Shown: piece by piece, positions 35,771 through 46,353 of the stretch | How the letters are laid out: the number at the start of each line of letters is the position of its first letter | How positions within the stretch are numbered: the first letter of the stretch is position 1 | Source of the DNA: Patescibacteria group bacterium | GTDB lineage: Bacteria; Patescibacteriota; Minisyncoccia; Phycocordibacterales; Phycocordibacteraceae | Direction of reading: 5' to 3' | Assembly (NCBI GenBank): GCA_004322365.1 | Contig: SCTS01000005.1 | Location: 67,697 to 131,696, forward strand | Length of the DNA stretch: 64,000 nt | The notes under the pieces: generated by a model | Told to the model about the DNA's origin: nothing | The model's database searches: none | What the model saw: the letters and a program-made list of their open reading frames with translations, nothing else | Program-made: the position numbers and the translations under genes

Positions 35771-37120
35771 TTATTTAAGAGGAGGCTTCGTGGCAGTCTT
35801 CCGAATTGCGTTAATCAAGCTAGCCGAATCAAAATAGTTAGACAGCTTGTTTTCCCATCCAACTTTCGATGTATCTACATCTGGGTCAACTCCCCTACCT
35901 TCAACGGGCTGATTATCTTCCCGAAGTGTAATGGAGTTCACGAGAAGCAGTGAGTAGCTAGTAGTAGGATCTATAACGGTCTTCAATGGATACGTATTTT
36001 CAACAGTACCCCACCCTCGTGTGGTCCCACCAACCACATGGGCGCGGTTAAATTTCTTGAATGTTGCCGCAGTTAATTCTGCAGTGGACTGTGTCATTGC
36101 ATCGGTAATAATAGCGATTTCAGTGTAGCGCTCTACAAGTGGGAATTTTTCTTGAGTTGTCCGCTCCACCTGATACTCTCCTTGATGAAATAAATCAAAA
36201 GTATATTGATTGGCTCCCACAAAAAGACCAAAGAAAGCAGGCAGAAAATCCAGTGATCCTCCAATATTCCCCCTCAAATCTAAAACCATACTACTGAGAC
36301 CTGGCGTTGTTGATGCCGCATCAACCGCAAGACCAAATTCCCGAAGAGTTGTTGGGGATATTTTATTAATATGAAGATAGAGCGTAGAGCCGAGCGTATG
36401 CGGAAATACTGTAGGTTCTATACCTGCAGAGTCATACAATGCCTTTGAATTATTATTAGTGAGGACTGACTGTGCGTAGGTTGCCACTGCAAGCGCTGCC
36501 TTATCTTCGGTTGAAGTTGCATTTGCAAAAATCGCCGCCTTCTTCTTATATGCCGCCGTCACCTCCGCAGACGTAGCACCTTTTTTGAGTCCAAGATTTT
36601 GATATAAATCTTTTGATGAATCAATGTTGCTCACATTTTCTCTAAGTGCCACCTCTTCTTTTTTTGAAAGAATGCCATCGCGACCTGCAGGAGGGAGGTT
36701 ATACAAAACAACGGCACCAATATTCAGAGCTATTTGTCGTTTATTTTCAGTGGAAGTTGCCGATCTAAAGGCGACCTCAAGCATCTTTGAGGTGCCCGCC
36801 CTATCAGGAGTAACTAATACTGTTGTTGTGGCTGTAACTTTCTCAACGGATAGTCGAAACAACTCTGGCAACTTTAAATCCTCAGGCCTCATCCAATAAT
36901 TAGTAGTTATGGAGTCGTATACCTCCATATCAAAACGAACAAACACATCTACTTCTTCTGGTGTTTGGTACTGTATTGCTGACTCAGACGACTTCGCATG
37001 CGTCCACACATATGCGCCACTAGAGGAAAGTGCAATAACTATTCCCACCAATATGAGAACCAACTGATGTCGGAGAATAAATAATCTCACTGTATGTAGT
37101 TCTGGAATATTAAAGCCCAT
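35771..37120 (-). CDS. S41-family (tail-specific) peptidase-like protein with internal J-like domain
   Basis: VLDLRGNIGG, TQSTAE and GRGVDPDV; DLYQNLGLKKGATSAEVTAAYKK resembles DnaJ helices I-II. Confidence 0.75.
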   Translation of the reverse strand: MGFNIPELHTVRLFILRHQLVLILVGIVIALSSSGAYVWTHAKSSESAIQYQTPEEVDVFVRFDMEVYDSITTNYWMRPEDLKLPELFRLSVEKVTATTTVLVTPDRAGTSKMLEVAFRSATSTENKRQIALNIGAVVLYNLPPAGRDGILSKKEEVALRENVSNIDSSKDLYQNLGLKKGATSAEVTAAYKKKAAIFANATSTEDKAALAVATYAQSVLTNNNSKALYDSAGIEPTVFPHTLGSTLYLHINKISPTTLREFGLAVDAASTTPGLSSMVLDLRGNIGGSLDFLPAFFGLFVGANQYTFDLFHQGEYQVERTTQEKFPLVERYTEIAIITDAMTQSTAELTAATFKKFNRAHVVGGTTRGWGTVENTYPLKTVIDPTTSYSLLLVNSITLREDNQPVEGRGVDPDVDTSKVGWENKLSNYFDSASLINAIRKTATKPPLK

Positions 37121-37144
37121 CTGTGAGATACTACCATGTGAATC

Positions 37145-37978
37145 ATGGACCATTCTTCAAATAGAGCAGTGGAAAAAGAATTTCTTCTTCGAGAAAAATA
37201 TAACGGCGTAAAAAATTCAGAGTATGAGGCTGATGTGATGCGAATAGAGAATGGTGAACCACTCGCATATGTGATTGGCTTTGTTCCATTTTTAGATTGC
37301 AAAATATTCTTGGACTCACACCCACTGATTCCCCGACCTGAAACAGAATTTTGGGTAGAGAAAGTTATTGAAAAGCTGAAAACTGAAAGCTGGCACCCCC
37401 CAAGGGGACTGCAATTTGTATCCAATCGCTTTGCTCTTGGACAAATCGGGAGCCTTAAAGCTATCCAAAAACCACTTCGGGTTTTGGATTTGTTTGCAGG
37501 TTCGGGATGTGTTGGTGTGGCATTGCTCAAGCATATCCCTGATGCTCAAGTTGATTTCGGAGAAATCGATACAAATCACTTTTCTACAATTACAAAAAAC
37601 ATACGCGAGAATGGCATCGAAGAAATACGAACCGCTGTGATACGCACCGATGTTTGGGATGGCATCACTAATTTATATGACATTGTGTGCGCAAATCCCC
37701 CCTACCTGTCAGAGAGTCGCCTTAACTTAATTGGACCCTCAGTGCTCGCCTATGAGCCTAAAAAAGCACTGTTTGCTGACGAGGATGGCTTTGCTCTCAT
37801 ACGAAGATTAATTCTCAAAGCGGGGGCGCACCTAAACCCTAAGGGACTTATGTATATCGAGCATGAACCTGAACATGCAGAAATGATTCAAAAATGCGCC
37901 AAAGAACATGGCTTCAGTGCGGAAAATAAACAAGATCAATATGGAGTGTTGCGGTATAGCGTTTTGAGTAGGTTTTAG
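37145..37978 (+). CDS. prmC: release factor glutamine methyltransferase (HemK/PrmC)
   Basis: GEPLAYVIG, PLIPRPETE, VLDLFAGSGC and ANPPY motifs. Confidence 0.93.
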   Translation: MDHSSNRAVEKEFLLREKYNGVKNSEYEADVMRIENGEPLAYVIGFVPFLDCKIFLDSHPLIPRPETEFWVEKVIEKLKTESWHPPRGLQFVSNRFALGQIGSLKAIQKPLRVLDLFAGSGCVGVALLKHIPDAQVDFGEIDTNHFSTITKNIRENGIEEIRTAVIRTDVWDGITNLYDIVCANPPYLSESRLNLIGPSVLAYEPKKALFADEDGFALIRRLILKAGAHLNPKGLMYIEHEPEHAEMIQKCAKEHGFSAENKQDQYGVLRYSVLSRF

Positions 37979-38086
37979 GTGCTAGGGACTAGGTGCTAGA
38001 TGACGCTTCATTAGGTCCGTAGAAATCAACGAGGTGCTAGCTTTTTGAACTGAAACCTAACACCCAGAAGCTAGTACCTAGCACCT
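37975..38086. repeat. heptamer-repeat inverted array (family H)
   Basis: AGGTGCT AGGGACT AGGTGCT ... AGAAGCT AGTACCT AGCACCT. Confidence 0.75.
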
Positions 38087-38107
38087 CATTCATGGCATAA
38101 TAGTTTT

Positions 38108-38326
38108 ATGCCTCCAGTAACCACACTGCCTACAGATGTTGGAATGATATTTTGGTTTTTCTTTGCAATTGCTCTGGTAGTAACCGTGTACTTCGTTTTT
38201 GCGGAACTCTTCCACTGGCTCCGCTTTGGGTTCATGTATCCTTTAGTGTGGATTGCTATACCGGTATACCTGATAGGTATTGTCATACTCATCGGCGGCA
38301 TGCTCACAGGTATTGGAGCTCTATAA
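38108..38326 (+). CDS. small 2-TM membrane protein
   Basis: Hydrophobic ORF with FHWLRFG loop. Confidence 0.7.
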   Translation: MPPVTTLPTDVGMIFWFFFAIALVVTVYFVFAELFHWLRFGFMYPLVWIAIPVYLIGIVILIGGMLTGIGAL

Positions 38327-38329
38327 CAT

Positions 38330-38896
38330 ATGTCATACAACCCCTTTGAACTCAAAGATTTTAGAGATGGCGAGCGTGTCGTCATGTTAGTCCGTCATCA
38401 TTGGTTTGTATTATTCCGTGAAGTTTTCTGGCTCGGTATTCTATTTATTGCTCCATTCTTTTTAATACCAATAGCATTTGGAATTTCTGCGCAAGGAGGA
38501 GGACTTCCATCCGTACCACCTGGCGTAGTAATCTTTTTTGCTTCCCTTTGGACACTTATCATTTGGCATCTCTTATTTGCACGCTGGACAGATTATTACT
38601 ATGACCTCTGGATAATCACCAACTGGCGCATTATTGATATAGACCAAATCGGATTTTTCAATCGCAATGTTGCGACACTTCTAACCCTTGATCATATTCA
38701 AGATATAGAAACGCACGTTGATGGTATTGTGGGCACCATACTCAATTTCGGAAGTATCAAAGTGCAAACAGCCGCGGCAAAAGCGGAATTTCTCATGAGC
38801 GAAATCCCAAACCCTGTCGGTATAGAGAAAATTATTCGAGAGGCGCAAGAAGAAAAAATTCGTGTATTCGGCGCAAAACCTGCGACACACGGATAA
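38330..38896 (+). CDS. membrane protein with bacterial PH (bPH_2) domain
   Basis: RHHW, 2 TM helices, WIITNWRIIDIDQ.GFFNR and NFGSIKVQTA. Confidence 0.82.
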   Translation: MSYNPFELKDFRDGERVVMLVRHHWFVLFREVFWLGILFIAPFFLIPIAFGISAQGGGLPSVPPGVVIFFASLWTLIIWHLLFARWTDYYYDLWIITNWRIIDIDQIGFFNRNVATLLTLDHIQDIETHVDGIVGTILNFGSIKVQTAAAKAEFLMSEIPNPVGIEKIIREAQEEKIRVFGAKPATHG

Positions 38897-38902
38897 ATTA
38901 AG

Positions 38903-40114
38903 ATGACTATCGACCCTTACAAAGGCGTTCGGGATTTTTATCCCGAAGACGAACGGATACAGAAACACATTTTTGGTGCCATGCGTCGTGCGTCAGAGTC
39001 TTTTGGCTATGAAGAGTACAATGCCTCTATTTTGGAGTCGACAGAACTCTATATGGCAAAAACAAGCGAAGAAATAGTAAATGAACAAACATATACATTC
39101 ACTGACCGTGGCGACCGTTCCGTTACTCTGCGCCCTGAAATGACACCAACAGTTGCGCGTATGGTAGCGAGTCGTAAACGAGAACTTGGCTTCCCTCTTC
39201 GTTGGTACTCAATTCAAAACTTCTTCCGCTACGAGCGACCACAGCGAGGACGCTTGCGTGAGTTTTGGCAGTTGAACGCTGATCTTTTTGGTGTCACCGG
39301 AGTAGAGGCCGATGTGGAAATAATCGCCCTTGCCTATCGCGTCATGATGGAACTCGGCGCATCCGACACTGACTTCGTAATAAAAATTGGGAGCAGATCA
39401 GCACTGAACGCCGAACTTGCTCGTCGTGATATCCCCGCAATAAACCACAAAAAAATCGCTGCGCTCATGGACAGGAAAGGAAAAATTCCTAACGAGGAAT
39501 ATGATGATGAAATGAGCGCTCTTGCCGGTGGTGCATTTGAGATTCATGAGAGTCCCGACATTGTAGAAACTCGGAGGCTTCTGGCGACACTCGGTATCAC
39601 TAACACTGAATTCAATCCTGAAATTGTGCGCGGCTTTCAGTACTACACGGGAATCGTTTTTGAAGTGTTCGATACAAATCCAGAAAACAAACGCTCTATG
39701 TTTGGCGGTGGCAGATATGACAACCTTGTAGGTCAATACGGCTCCGAAGAAGTACCTGCTGTTGGTTTTGCTATGGGGGATGTCATTGCAAGAGATTTCT
39801 TAGAAACGCACAACCTCATGCCCAACATCACTTCCGCAACACATCTCTATCTTGCGCCAGCAAGCGACAATGAAGTCGAGGGTGTTGCAAATATTGCAAA
39901 CACTCTCCGAAAGAACGGAGTAAATGTTGCCACTGGCATGAAGCACAACAAAATAGGCGACCACATAAAAACAGCACTGAAGCTTGCTATACCTTACTTT
40001 GCAGTCTACGGAGAAAAAGAAAAGGAATCTGACACGCTCACCATCAAAACCCTCGCTACTAGTTCCGAACAAACCCTCCCTCTTTCCGATGTTGCTTCGT
40101 ATTTAAAAAGCTAG
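38903..40114 (+). CDS. hisS: histidine--tRNA ligase
   Basis: LRPEMTP, FRYERPQRGRLREFWQ, RGFQYYTG and GGGRYDNL motifs. Confidence 0.97.
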   Translation: MTIDPYKGVRDFYPEDERIQKHIFGAMRRASESFGYEEYNASILESTELYMAKTSEEIVNEQTYTFTDRGDRSVTLRPEMTPTVARMVASRKRELGFPLRWYSIQNFFRYERPQRGRLREFWQLNADLFGVTGVEADVEIIALAYRVMMELGASDTDFVIKIGSRSALNAELARRDIPAINHKKIAALMDRKGKIPNEEYDDEMSALAGGAFEIHESPDIVETRRLLATLGITNTEFNPEIVRGFQYYTGIVFEVFDTNPENKRSMFGGGRYDNLVGQYGSEEVPAVGFAMGDVIARDFLETHNLMPNITSATHLYLAPASDNEVEGVANIANTLRKNGVNVATGMKHNKIGDHIKTALKLAIPYFAVYGEKEKESDTLTIKTLATSSEQTLPLSDVASYLKS

Positions 40115-40139
40115 AAGCTAGAACCTAGCACCTAGCACC
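40108..40139. repeat. heptamer tandem (family H) overlapping the hisS stop codon
   Basis: AAGCT AGAAGCT AGAACCT AGCACCT AGCACC. Confidence 0.75.
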
Positions 40140-40156
40140 CGTAACCTTCTTTTCTT

Positions 40157-40729
40157 ATGCGCCGAATCACTCTCGACATTGAAACCACAAATGCCGCCAT
40201 AGGTGGCGCATTTGACCCATCAACCATGAACCTCACGGTGGCCTGTATTCACGATACAGAAACGGATTTGTTTACTTCATACGAGGTGGAAGAATTACCC
40301 AAACTCTGGCCCATTCTAGAGCGTGCAGATTTACTTATCGGCTACAACTCAGACCATTTTGATATTCCAATTCTCAATAGATACTATGCGGGCGACCTTA
40401 CTAAAATCAGAAGCTTAGATTTACTCGCAGAAATAAAAAATGTACTCGGAAGACGCATCAAACTTGATTCAGTCGCTTCGGGAACCTTGGGCAAAAAGAA
40501 AAGCGGTAACGGGCTCGATGCCATAAAATGGTGGAACGAGGGCAAGAAAGAAAAAGTAATTAAATACTGTATTGATGATGTACGCATCACAAAAGATATT
40601 TACGAATATGCACTCAAGAATGGGAAAGTAACCTACTCGGACTTCGGAAAGAAAAAGGATATCACTCTCGATACCAGCGGATGGGAATCAAAAAAGGCCT
40701 CTTCTATTACGCATACATTGCCGTTTTAG
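40157..40729 (+). CDS. RNase H-like DEDD 3'-5' exonuclease domain protein (YprB-like)
   Basis: LDIET, GYNSDHFD and YCIDDV motifs. Confidence 0.85.
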   Translation: MRRITLDIETTNAAIGGAFDPSTMNLTVACIHDTETDLFTSYEVEELPKLWPILERADLLIGYNSDHFDIPILNRYYAGDLTKIRSLDLLAEIKNVLGRRIKLDSVASGTLGKKKSGNGLDAIKWWNEGKKEKVIKYCIDDVRITKDIYEYALKNGKVTYSDFGKKKDITLDTSGWESKKASSITHTLPF

Positions 40730-40784
40730 GTAGCTGTCAGCTTGTAATTAAAGCTTTAAAGCAACAGCTAAAAATTTTACGACT

Positions 40785-41762
40785 CTAGCGACTGGTGGTT
40801 GATTGAGAACCAGCAGGCAAATCTACATTCGAGACATGGGTTTCGGCAGTGAAGTAAAAGGATCCTATGGCAAGACCGAGGAGCAATAATCCTCCGCCAA
40901 TCACTCCCAAATATTGCACTTTCACATGCATAAATATAGCGAGGAAAAGCAAGAGCGCTATGAGTCCTATCAAACCACCGAGTATGGAGAGGAGCGTTTG
41001 ATTCGGTGATGCCGCGGCAGATACAAGACCTTCTACAATTGGATTATTTGCTATCACAGGTAGAGATGGACCGGTTTCAGAACCTAAAACATTTGAAGAT
41101 ACCTTATCGGAGGTGGCAAGCTCTGTTGCAGGCACAGTCTTTGCGGGAATTGTTTTTGTTGAAACAGGAGTCGAAGCTGATTTTGCCCCCGATGCAGGGG
41201 TGGCAAAAAACTGAACAACGAAGGTAACATCTTTTCCTTCATACACTCCTTGAGCTGTGCCGATGCCAATGCGTGTAAATTCAGACTTTACAATGTTTGC
41301 TCGATGCGTTGGCGACTTCATCCATGCCTCCTCAACATCTTTAGATTCGGTAAAGTTAACGGCCAAGTTCTCGCCTGCATATGAGTAGTTATACCCAACA
41401 AGATCAAGCCAATGCCATGGAGTTGTTCCATCTGGCGCTACATGAGCAAAATACCCCTTTTCAGCCATGTCAGCCGCTTTCTTTTGCGCTGCGACGGTAA
41501 GAAGTGGCTCTTCAATAAGCGTGCCGACGCCGTTTTTCGCACGATCATCATTGGTGAGTGCCGTAAGTACCCCCGGCAACACCGCCGCCAAGAATCCTGT
41601 CTTATTAAAGACAAGAGTCGTATGAACAAAATATCCTATTTGAAGAAACACTAAAAGAGCGCCGACGGCTATCGCTGTTTCTTTCCTGAAAAAATGAGGG
41701 TGATACTTATTTCCAGCTGTCGGGATAAAGTAGTTTCTGATGTGCCAGAAGAATTTTTTCAT
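40785..41762 (-). CDS. CAP/SCP-domain membrane protein
   Basis: AAQKKAADM..GYFAH, AGENLA and WMKSPTHRANI; TM segments at both ends. Confidence 0.9.
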   Translation of the reverse strand: MKKFFWHIRNYFIPTAGNKYHPHFFRKETAIAVGALLVFLQIGYFVHTTLVFNKTGFLAAVLPGVLTALTNDDRAKNGVGTLIEEPLLTVAAQKKAADMAEKGYFAHVAPDGTTPWHWLDLVGYNYSYAGENLAVNFTESKDVEEAWMKSPTHRANIVKSEFTRIGIGTAQGVYEGKDVTFVVQFFATPASGAKSASTPVSTKTIPAKTVPATELATSDKVSSNVLGSETGPSLPVIANNPIVEGLVSAAASPNQTLLSILGGLIGLIALLLFLAIFMHVKVQYLGVIGGGLLLLGLAIGSFYFTAETHVSNVDLPAGSQSTTSR

Positions 41763-41772
41763 TTTTTTTTAA

Positions 41773-43707
41773 TTATGGCAATGACTTGCCGAGTGACGCG
41801 CTAACATTTGCAATCACAGTAGCATCTGCGCCAAACGACTGGAGAAGCTCAAGTATTGCCGATACCTGAGTATCACTGAGTGTTTGTGTATGTACTGGTG
41901 TTTTCTGTACCACTCCCTTATTTAGGACCTCACGTGTCATTGGGCCGACAATGCCGACAGCAGGAAGCGCGTTCTTTTCCTGATACGCCTTCACACCTGC
42001 TTTTGTTGCGGTGCCGAAATAGGAAGTTACGAGTCCAGAATATACACCTTCACTCGTGAGCCTCTCTTGAAGAGCTTTCACATCATCACCTTTAGAACCC
42101 ACTCTAAGAGTACGGGTAAAATTATAGGTAGATGCACCTAAGACACTACCAATGTTTTCTGTGACTGGAACAGTTTCTACTGGTGTCGCTATGACCGCGA
42201 CCGGAGTGGCTACAATCGAGGAACTAGTATTTAGTATAGACACACTAACACCACCGATAATTCCGCCACCGCCACCACCGCCACCGCCACTTGGTGCAGG
42301 TGTGGGAGCAGGTACATGCACGCTAGCAAAGTAAGATGCTTTTGTTGCTTGAAATGAACAGAGACCGTTTGCCACTATACAGGTTGAGGAAACGAGCCCG
42401 TCTTGTGTCCAACCACTAGCGAGCGCGAGCGAGCGATACACCGTAAGCGTTGTCCCGTTAAGAGCTGTACCAACATACATGTTGATTGTTATGGCTTGTG
42501 AAAATTCGAGCCCTATCCCAGAGATCCCCCATTGCAGTGCGCCGTCAATCACAACACCTGTTGCTACATTCGAAAGTGTACCGCCATCAATGCGCGCTAA
42601 AGAAATATCTCCTGTAGATAGCGCCGTGACATCACTCCTCGTTATGGAAGTACCTACGGGAATTGCGATTGTCGATGTACCGACACCTGAAGCAACGGAG
42701 AGTGTTGTCGTGGCGGTTTGATCAATAGGTAAAAGAACTAAAGGGGAGGAAGATGCAACAAACGAAAGAAGTGGATTGGCGAACGCAACAGTAAACGCCG
42801 AGGAACTCGCTGAAGTGTTACCAGCTGAGTCAAGAGCGTTCACCGTAAATGTGTGATTCCCTCCCGTAAGCCCCCCAATAAGGGATACACAGTCGGCCAG
42901 AGATACGCCATCAAGTACACATCCAAGAGTAACGGTATTTGCGTCAGTTGCAGACACGCTCGGGGTTAGTGTTTGACCCGTGGTCGTAGCGTTTTCAGGT
43001 GTAGTGATTGAAATAAGTGGTACAGCGGTATCAATATTTGCTACAGCAACAGCATTTGCGCCAGTGTTTCCTAACGAATCAGTGAAGGTAAACGTAAACG
43101 AGCCGTTAGTCGTAAACAGATGTGCGTTGGTATTAATAGGTGAAAAAACTTCTGTTGTGGTTGTTGAAAGAAGAGCACACACAACTTTGTTTGTCGGAGT
43201 AGTGGAACTGTATGAAAGAAATTCCGCTGAACGACTTACACACTCAGTTGAGTTAGTGGCACTTGGAAGAAGAAAGAATACAAACTCGGGTGTCGATGCA
43301 ATGGTCTGCTTTGTTACCGTGACTGAAAGGGCTGCTAATACATTCCCTTGAGTTGCAACAGTTCCTAAAGAAACGGTAATGACGCCGTCAACAAGCGATG
43401 TTGTATCAAAGGACAGTGAATATGTTTTAGAATCGAGCGAAGTAAAGACTTTTTCACCAGTGAGTATGGTTCCCACAGAATCTACCAAAGTCACTGTAGA
43501 AGTTCCTGAGCGAAATGTGCCACTAATGCCATCCAAGCCAGAATTTCCACTTATCACTATTGTGGTTTGATTGAGAGAGGTAATGGTGTTTGATCCCCCA
43601 TCAACCACCAATGATGGTGTGGCAGCAAATGTTGGAGTTGCAACGAAACAGAGAATAAGCGCGGAGCCAAAAGCTCCATATACAACCATTCGACGGAAGC
43701 CGTGCAT
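41773..43707 (-). CDS. secreted Ig-like repeat surface protein with peptidoglycan-binding domain
   Basis: Signal peptide; D.xGN Ig-like repeats; poly-Gly linker; LRVGSKGDDVKALQERL...FGTATKAGVKAYQ. Confidence 0.82.
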   Translation of the reverse strand: MHGFRRMVVYGAFGSALILCFVATPTFAATPSLVVDGGSNTITSLNQTTIVISGNSGLDGISGTFRSGTSTVTLVDSVGTILTGEKVFTSLDSKTYSLSFDTTSLVDGVITVSLGTVATQGNVLAALSVTVTKQTIASTPEFVFFLLPSATNSTECVSRSAEFLSYSSTTPTNKVVCALLSTTTTEVFSPINTNAHLFTTNGSFTFTFTDSLGNTGANAVAVANIDTAVPLISITTPENATTTGQTLTPSVSATDANTVTLGCVLDGVSLADCVSLIGGLTGGNHTFTVNALDSAGNTSASSSAFTVAFANPLLSFVASSSPLVLLPIDQTATTTLSVASGVGTSTIAIPVGTSITRSDVTALSTGDISLARIDGGTLSNVATGVVIDGALQWGISGIGLEFSQAITINMYVGTALNGTTLTVYRSLALASGWTQDGLVSSTCIVANGLCSFQATKASYFASVHVPAPTPAPSGGGGGGGGGIIGGVSVSILNTSSSIVATPVAVIATPVETVPVTENIGSVLGASTYNFTRTLRVGSKGDDVKALQERLTSEGVYSGLVTSYFGTATKAGVKAYQEKNALPAVGIVGPMTREVLNKGVVQKTPVHTQTLSDTQVSAILELLQSFGADATVIANVSASLGKSLP

Positions 43708-43779
43708 ATATGGAATAGTAGCAAACTGGAGACAAAAGTAGTAGATAGAAACCGCTATGGAGGGGTATACAATATAAGA

Positions 43780-44625
43780 ATGAGACGTGTCTTAATTTCA
43801 GCAAGTGCAGTGATACTCATTGCACTATTTTCAAGTCCTCTGTACGCCGTGGCTGAAACCGCTTCTGCGGGGATTCCTGCAGGGAACATCTGGCTTTCAA
43901 AAAATGCCGTAATCGAAAAAGAATCGGTGCGTATATTTTTACCTGTATACAACGCGAGTGCAACAAAAATTTCTGGTGACGCAATCTTTTCTGTCGATAC
44001 GATACAAGTCGGTACTGCACACTTTGAACTTGATGCTGGAAACTCCACAATAGTATCGAGCACGTGGACTACAACAAAAGGAGCTCACTCGATAACAGCA
44101 CGACTTGAAGGTACAGTTGATGCAAAAACAGGTACTGAAATTTCTGTATCAGCAAACACACAAACACTTGCCGTTGATATAGCAGAACGTCCACCAGCAC
44201 CTGCATTAGTTCAGGCACTTGGGATTGTTGCGAGTGTTGCACAAAATACAGTATCTGTAGCACTTCCTGTTGTTGCATCGGTTGCGAATACCGTATTTAA
44301 AGAAACAGAGCAACTAAGAGAAAGTGCGGTGGTCGCGCTTGAAAATTCACTAAACGGAACTACCGCTTCATCTGACGCAACTCCATCACAAGGATTAGTC
44401 TTAGGAGCTGAAACATTCCGTGCACCTGCAAATAATGATGGACTAATGGCCACAGCAATTACTGCACCTACCTCAGAGGGCGTTATGCGGATACTCCAAA
44501 CAATTTTATTATTCCTTGTGAGCTATCAATGGATCTTCTATCCCCTTCTATTACTCATTCTTCTCGGACTATTATTTTTGATTGGAAAAGGAATGTCCCG
44601 CAAGCAGACACCGAAAAGGGGCTAG
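43780..44625 (+). CDS. secreted Ig/CARDB-like protein with C-terminal TM anchor
   Basis: Signal peptide, beta-rich domain (WTTTKGAHSITA) and C-terminal TM. Confidence 0.7.
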   Translation: MRRVLISASAVILIALFSSPLYAVAETASAGIPAGNIWLSKNAVIEKESVRIFLPVYNASATKISGDAIFSVDTIQVGTAHFELDAGNSTIVSSTWTTTKGAHSITARLEGTVDAKTGTEISVSANTQTLAVDIAERPPAPALVQALGIVASVAQNTVSVALPVVASVANTVFKETEQLRESAVVALENSLNGTTASSDATPSQGLVLGAETFRAPANNDGLMATAITAPTSEGVMRILQTILLFLVSYQWIFYPLLLLILLGLLFLIGKGMSRKQTPKRG

Positions 44626-44692
44626 TTTTTAGGTGCTAGGTGCTAGCTTGAATTTCTGAAAGCTAAAACCTGAAAGCTGACAGCTGAAACCT
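44621..44692. repeat. heptamer-repeat inverted array (family H) between convergent genes
   Basis: AGGTGCT AGGTGCT AGCTT ... AAAGCT AAAACCT GAAAGCT GACAGCT GAAACCT. Confidence 0.75.
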
Positions 44693-44697
44693 TCCTT

Positions 44698-45522
44698 TTA
44701 AAGAGGTGTCAAAAACATCAATATCGTAACGGCAAGAAGTACCCGGTACACCGCAAATACATACAGCGGGTGGGTTCGAAGGAATTTTAAAAGTATATAG
44801 ATGGCAAGAAGACCGCTCACAAAAGCAACAACACTTCCAAGAATGAGTGGGACGCCAATAGTGCCAAGAGCACCTGTTCCGGCAAGCTCTAAAAACTTCT
44901 TAGATCCTGCACCAAGAATAATGGGAACCGAAAGAAGAAAACCGAAGCGTGCAGATGCTTCACGCGATAGTCCGAGGAACAGGCCACCTGAAATGGTCAT
45001 GCCCGAGCGACTCATGCCAGGGATTAAGGCAAGGGCCTGAAAAAGACCAATGAGTATTGCCTTCCAAAAACCTACCGCCTCCATACCTGTCTGTGTTCTG
45101 TAACGTTTTGAAATATACTCAGCCAAAAGAAAAACTGCTGAACCTGCAATGAGCGCGTACGCAACAAGGTGTGTATTTCGAAACACAGTGTCCATCGTGC
45201 TTTCCAACAGAATGCCTAAAATTACAGCTGGAACAGTACCTACAATAAGTGCAAGCAGCAGTCGCCCATCTTCCACTGCGACAGGTTTTCCCATCACCTT
45301 CTTAAGTGCTGTGTGTGCCAAAGTGAGTAAATCTTTAGAAAAATACACAACAACCGCAAGGATGGTTCCTAACTGTAAAACCGAGTCAACAGCAAGGCTA
45401 TTCGTCCCCGTGGCACCAAGGAGCTCACGAGCGATTATAAGATGCCCTGACGAAGAGATGGGAAGAAACTCAGTGATACCTTCAACGAGGCCTAAAATAC
45501 TAAAAATCACCCAGTCGTACAT
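44698..45522 (-). CDS. uppP: undecaprenyl-diphosphate phosphatase
   Basis: EGITEFLPISSSGH and PGMSRSG.TI motifs. Confidence 0.96.
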   Translation of the reverse strand: MYDWVIFSILGLVEGITEFLPISSSGHLIIARELLGATGTNSLAVDSVLQLGTILAVVVYFSKDLLTLAHTALKKVMGKPVAVEDGRLLLALIVGTVPAVILGILLESTMDTVFRNTHLVAYALIAGSAVFLLAEYISKRYRTQTGMEAVGFWKAILIGLFQALALIPGMSRSGMTISGGLFLGLSREASARFGFLLSVPIILGAGSKKFLELAGTGALGTIGVPLILGSVVAFVSGLLAIYILLKFLRTHPLYVFAVYRVLLAVTILMFLTPL

Positions 45523-45576
45523 GATATTCTGTATGATATCCTATCATTTAATACTAACTAGAGAACCTCTTAATTT

Positions 45577-46266
45577 ATGGAACAAAAACAAAACCTTTCA
45601 ATCCCTGTCGCTATCGTACTTGCTGGAGCTTTAATTGGTGGCGCTCTCTTTTTTATCGGACGCACTGACACGCCAACCACAAATACAAACACACCGACCG
45701 TTGCACAAAAAGATATTCCCGCAGTCACTTCTGCAGACCACATTATTGGAAGCATTGACGCACCAATAGTCATTGTTGAATACACCGACCTCGAGTGTCC
45801 GTTTTGTAAACAGTTTGACGGCACAATGAAGCAAGTGGTCAAAGCATATGGCGGTAAGGTTGCGTGGGTTGTTCGTAACTTTCCCCTTCAACAGCTCCAC
45901 CCTAACGCACCAAAAATTGCTCTCGGGGCAGAGTGTGCGGCGGCGCTTGGTGGCAATGCAACATACTTCAAATTCATTGATTCTGTATTTACGCAAGCAC
46001 CAATAAATACATTTTTCGACATAACAAAACTTACCGTAACAGCAGAAGGAGTTGGAGTTGATGCGAAGAAATTTAATGCCTGCGTTATCGCTGGAACCTA
46101 TCAAGATAAGATAAGTAAAGAATTCAACGATGCAGTTGCTGCAGGAGGTCAAGGAACTCCCTTCTCAGTCGCCATTACAAAGGATGGAAAACAATACCCT
46201 ATTCCTGGCTCTCAGCCGTTGGAACAACTCAAAACAATCATTGATGGAATCTTAGCGGGAAAATAA
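45577..46266 (+). CDS. DsbA-like thioredoxin-fold oxidoreductase
   Basis: EYTDLECPFCK, RNFPL and cis-Pro GTP motif; N-terminal TM. Confidence 0.92.
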   Translation: MEQKQNLSIPVAIVLAGALIGGALFFIGRTDTPTTNTNTPTVAQKDIPAVTSADHIIGSIDAPIVIVEYTDLECPFCKQFDGTMKQVVKAYGGKVAWVVRNFPLQQLHPNAPKIALGAECAAALGGNATYFKFIDSVFTQAPINTFFDITKLTVTAEGVGVDAKKFNACVIAGTYQDKISKEFNDAVAAGGQGTPFSVAITKDGKQYPIPGSQPLEQLKTIIDGILAGK

Positions 46267-46272
46267 AGAAGA

Positions 46273-46348
46273 AGGTGCTAGGGACTAGGTTCTAGGTGTT
46301 AGCTTTAACTTCCGAAAGCTAGAACCTAGCACCTATAACCTAAAACCT
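46273..46348. repeat. heptamer-repeat inverted array (family H) between convergent genes
   Basis: AGGTGCT AGGGACT AGGTTCT AGGTGTT AGCTTT-loop-AAAGCT AGAACCT AGCACCT ATAACCT AAAACCT. Confidence 0.85.
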
Positions 46349-46353
46349 GTCTT

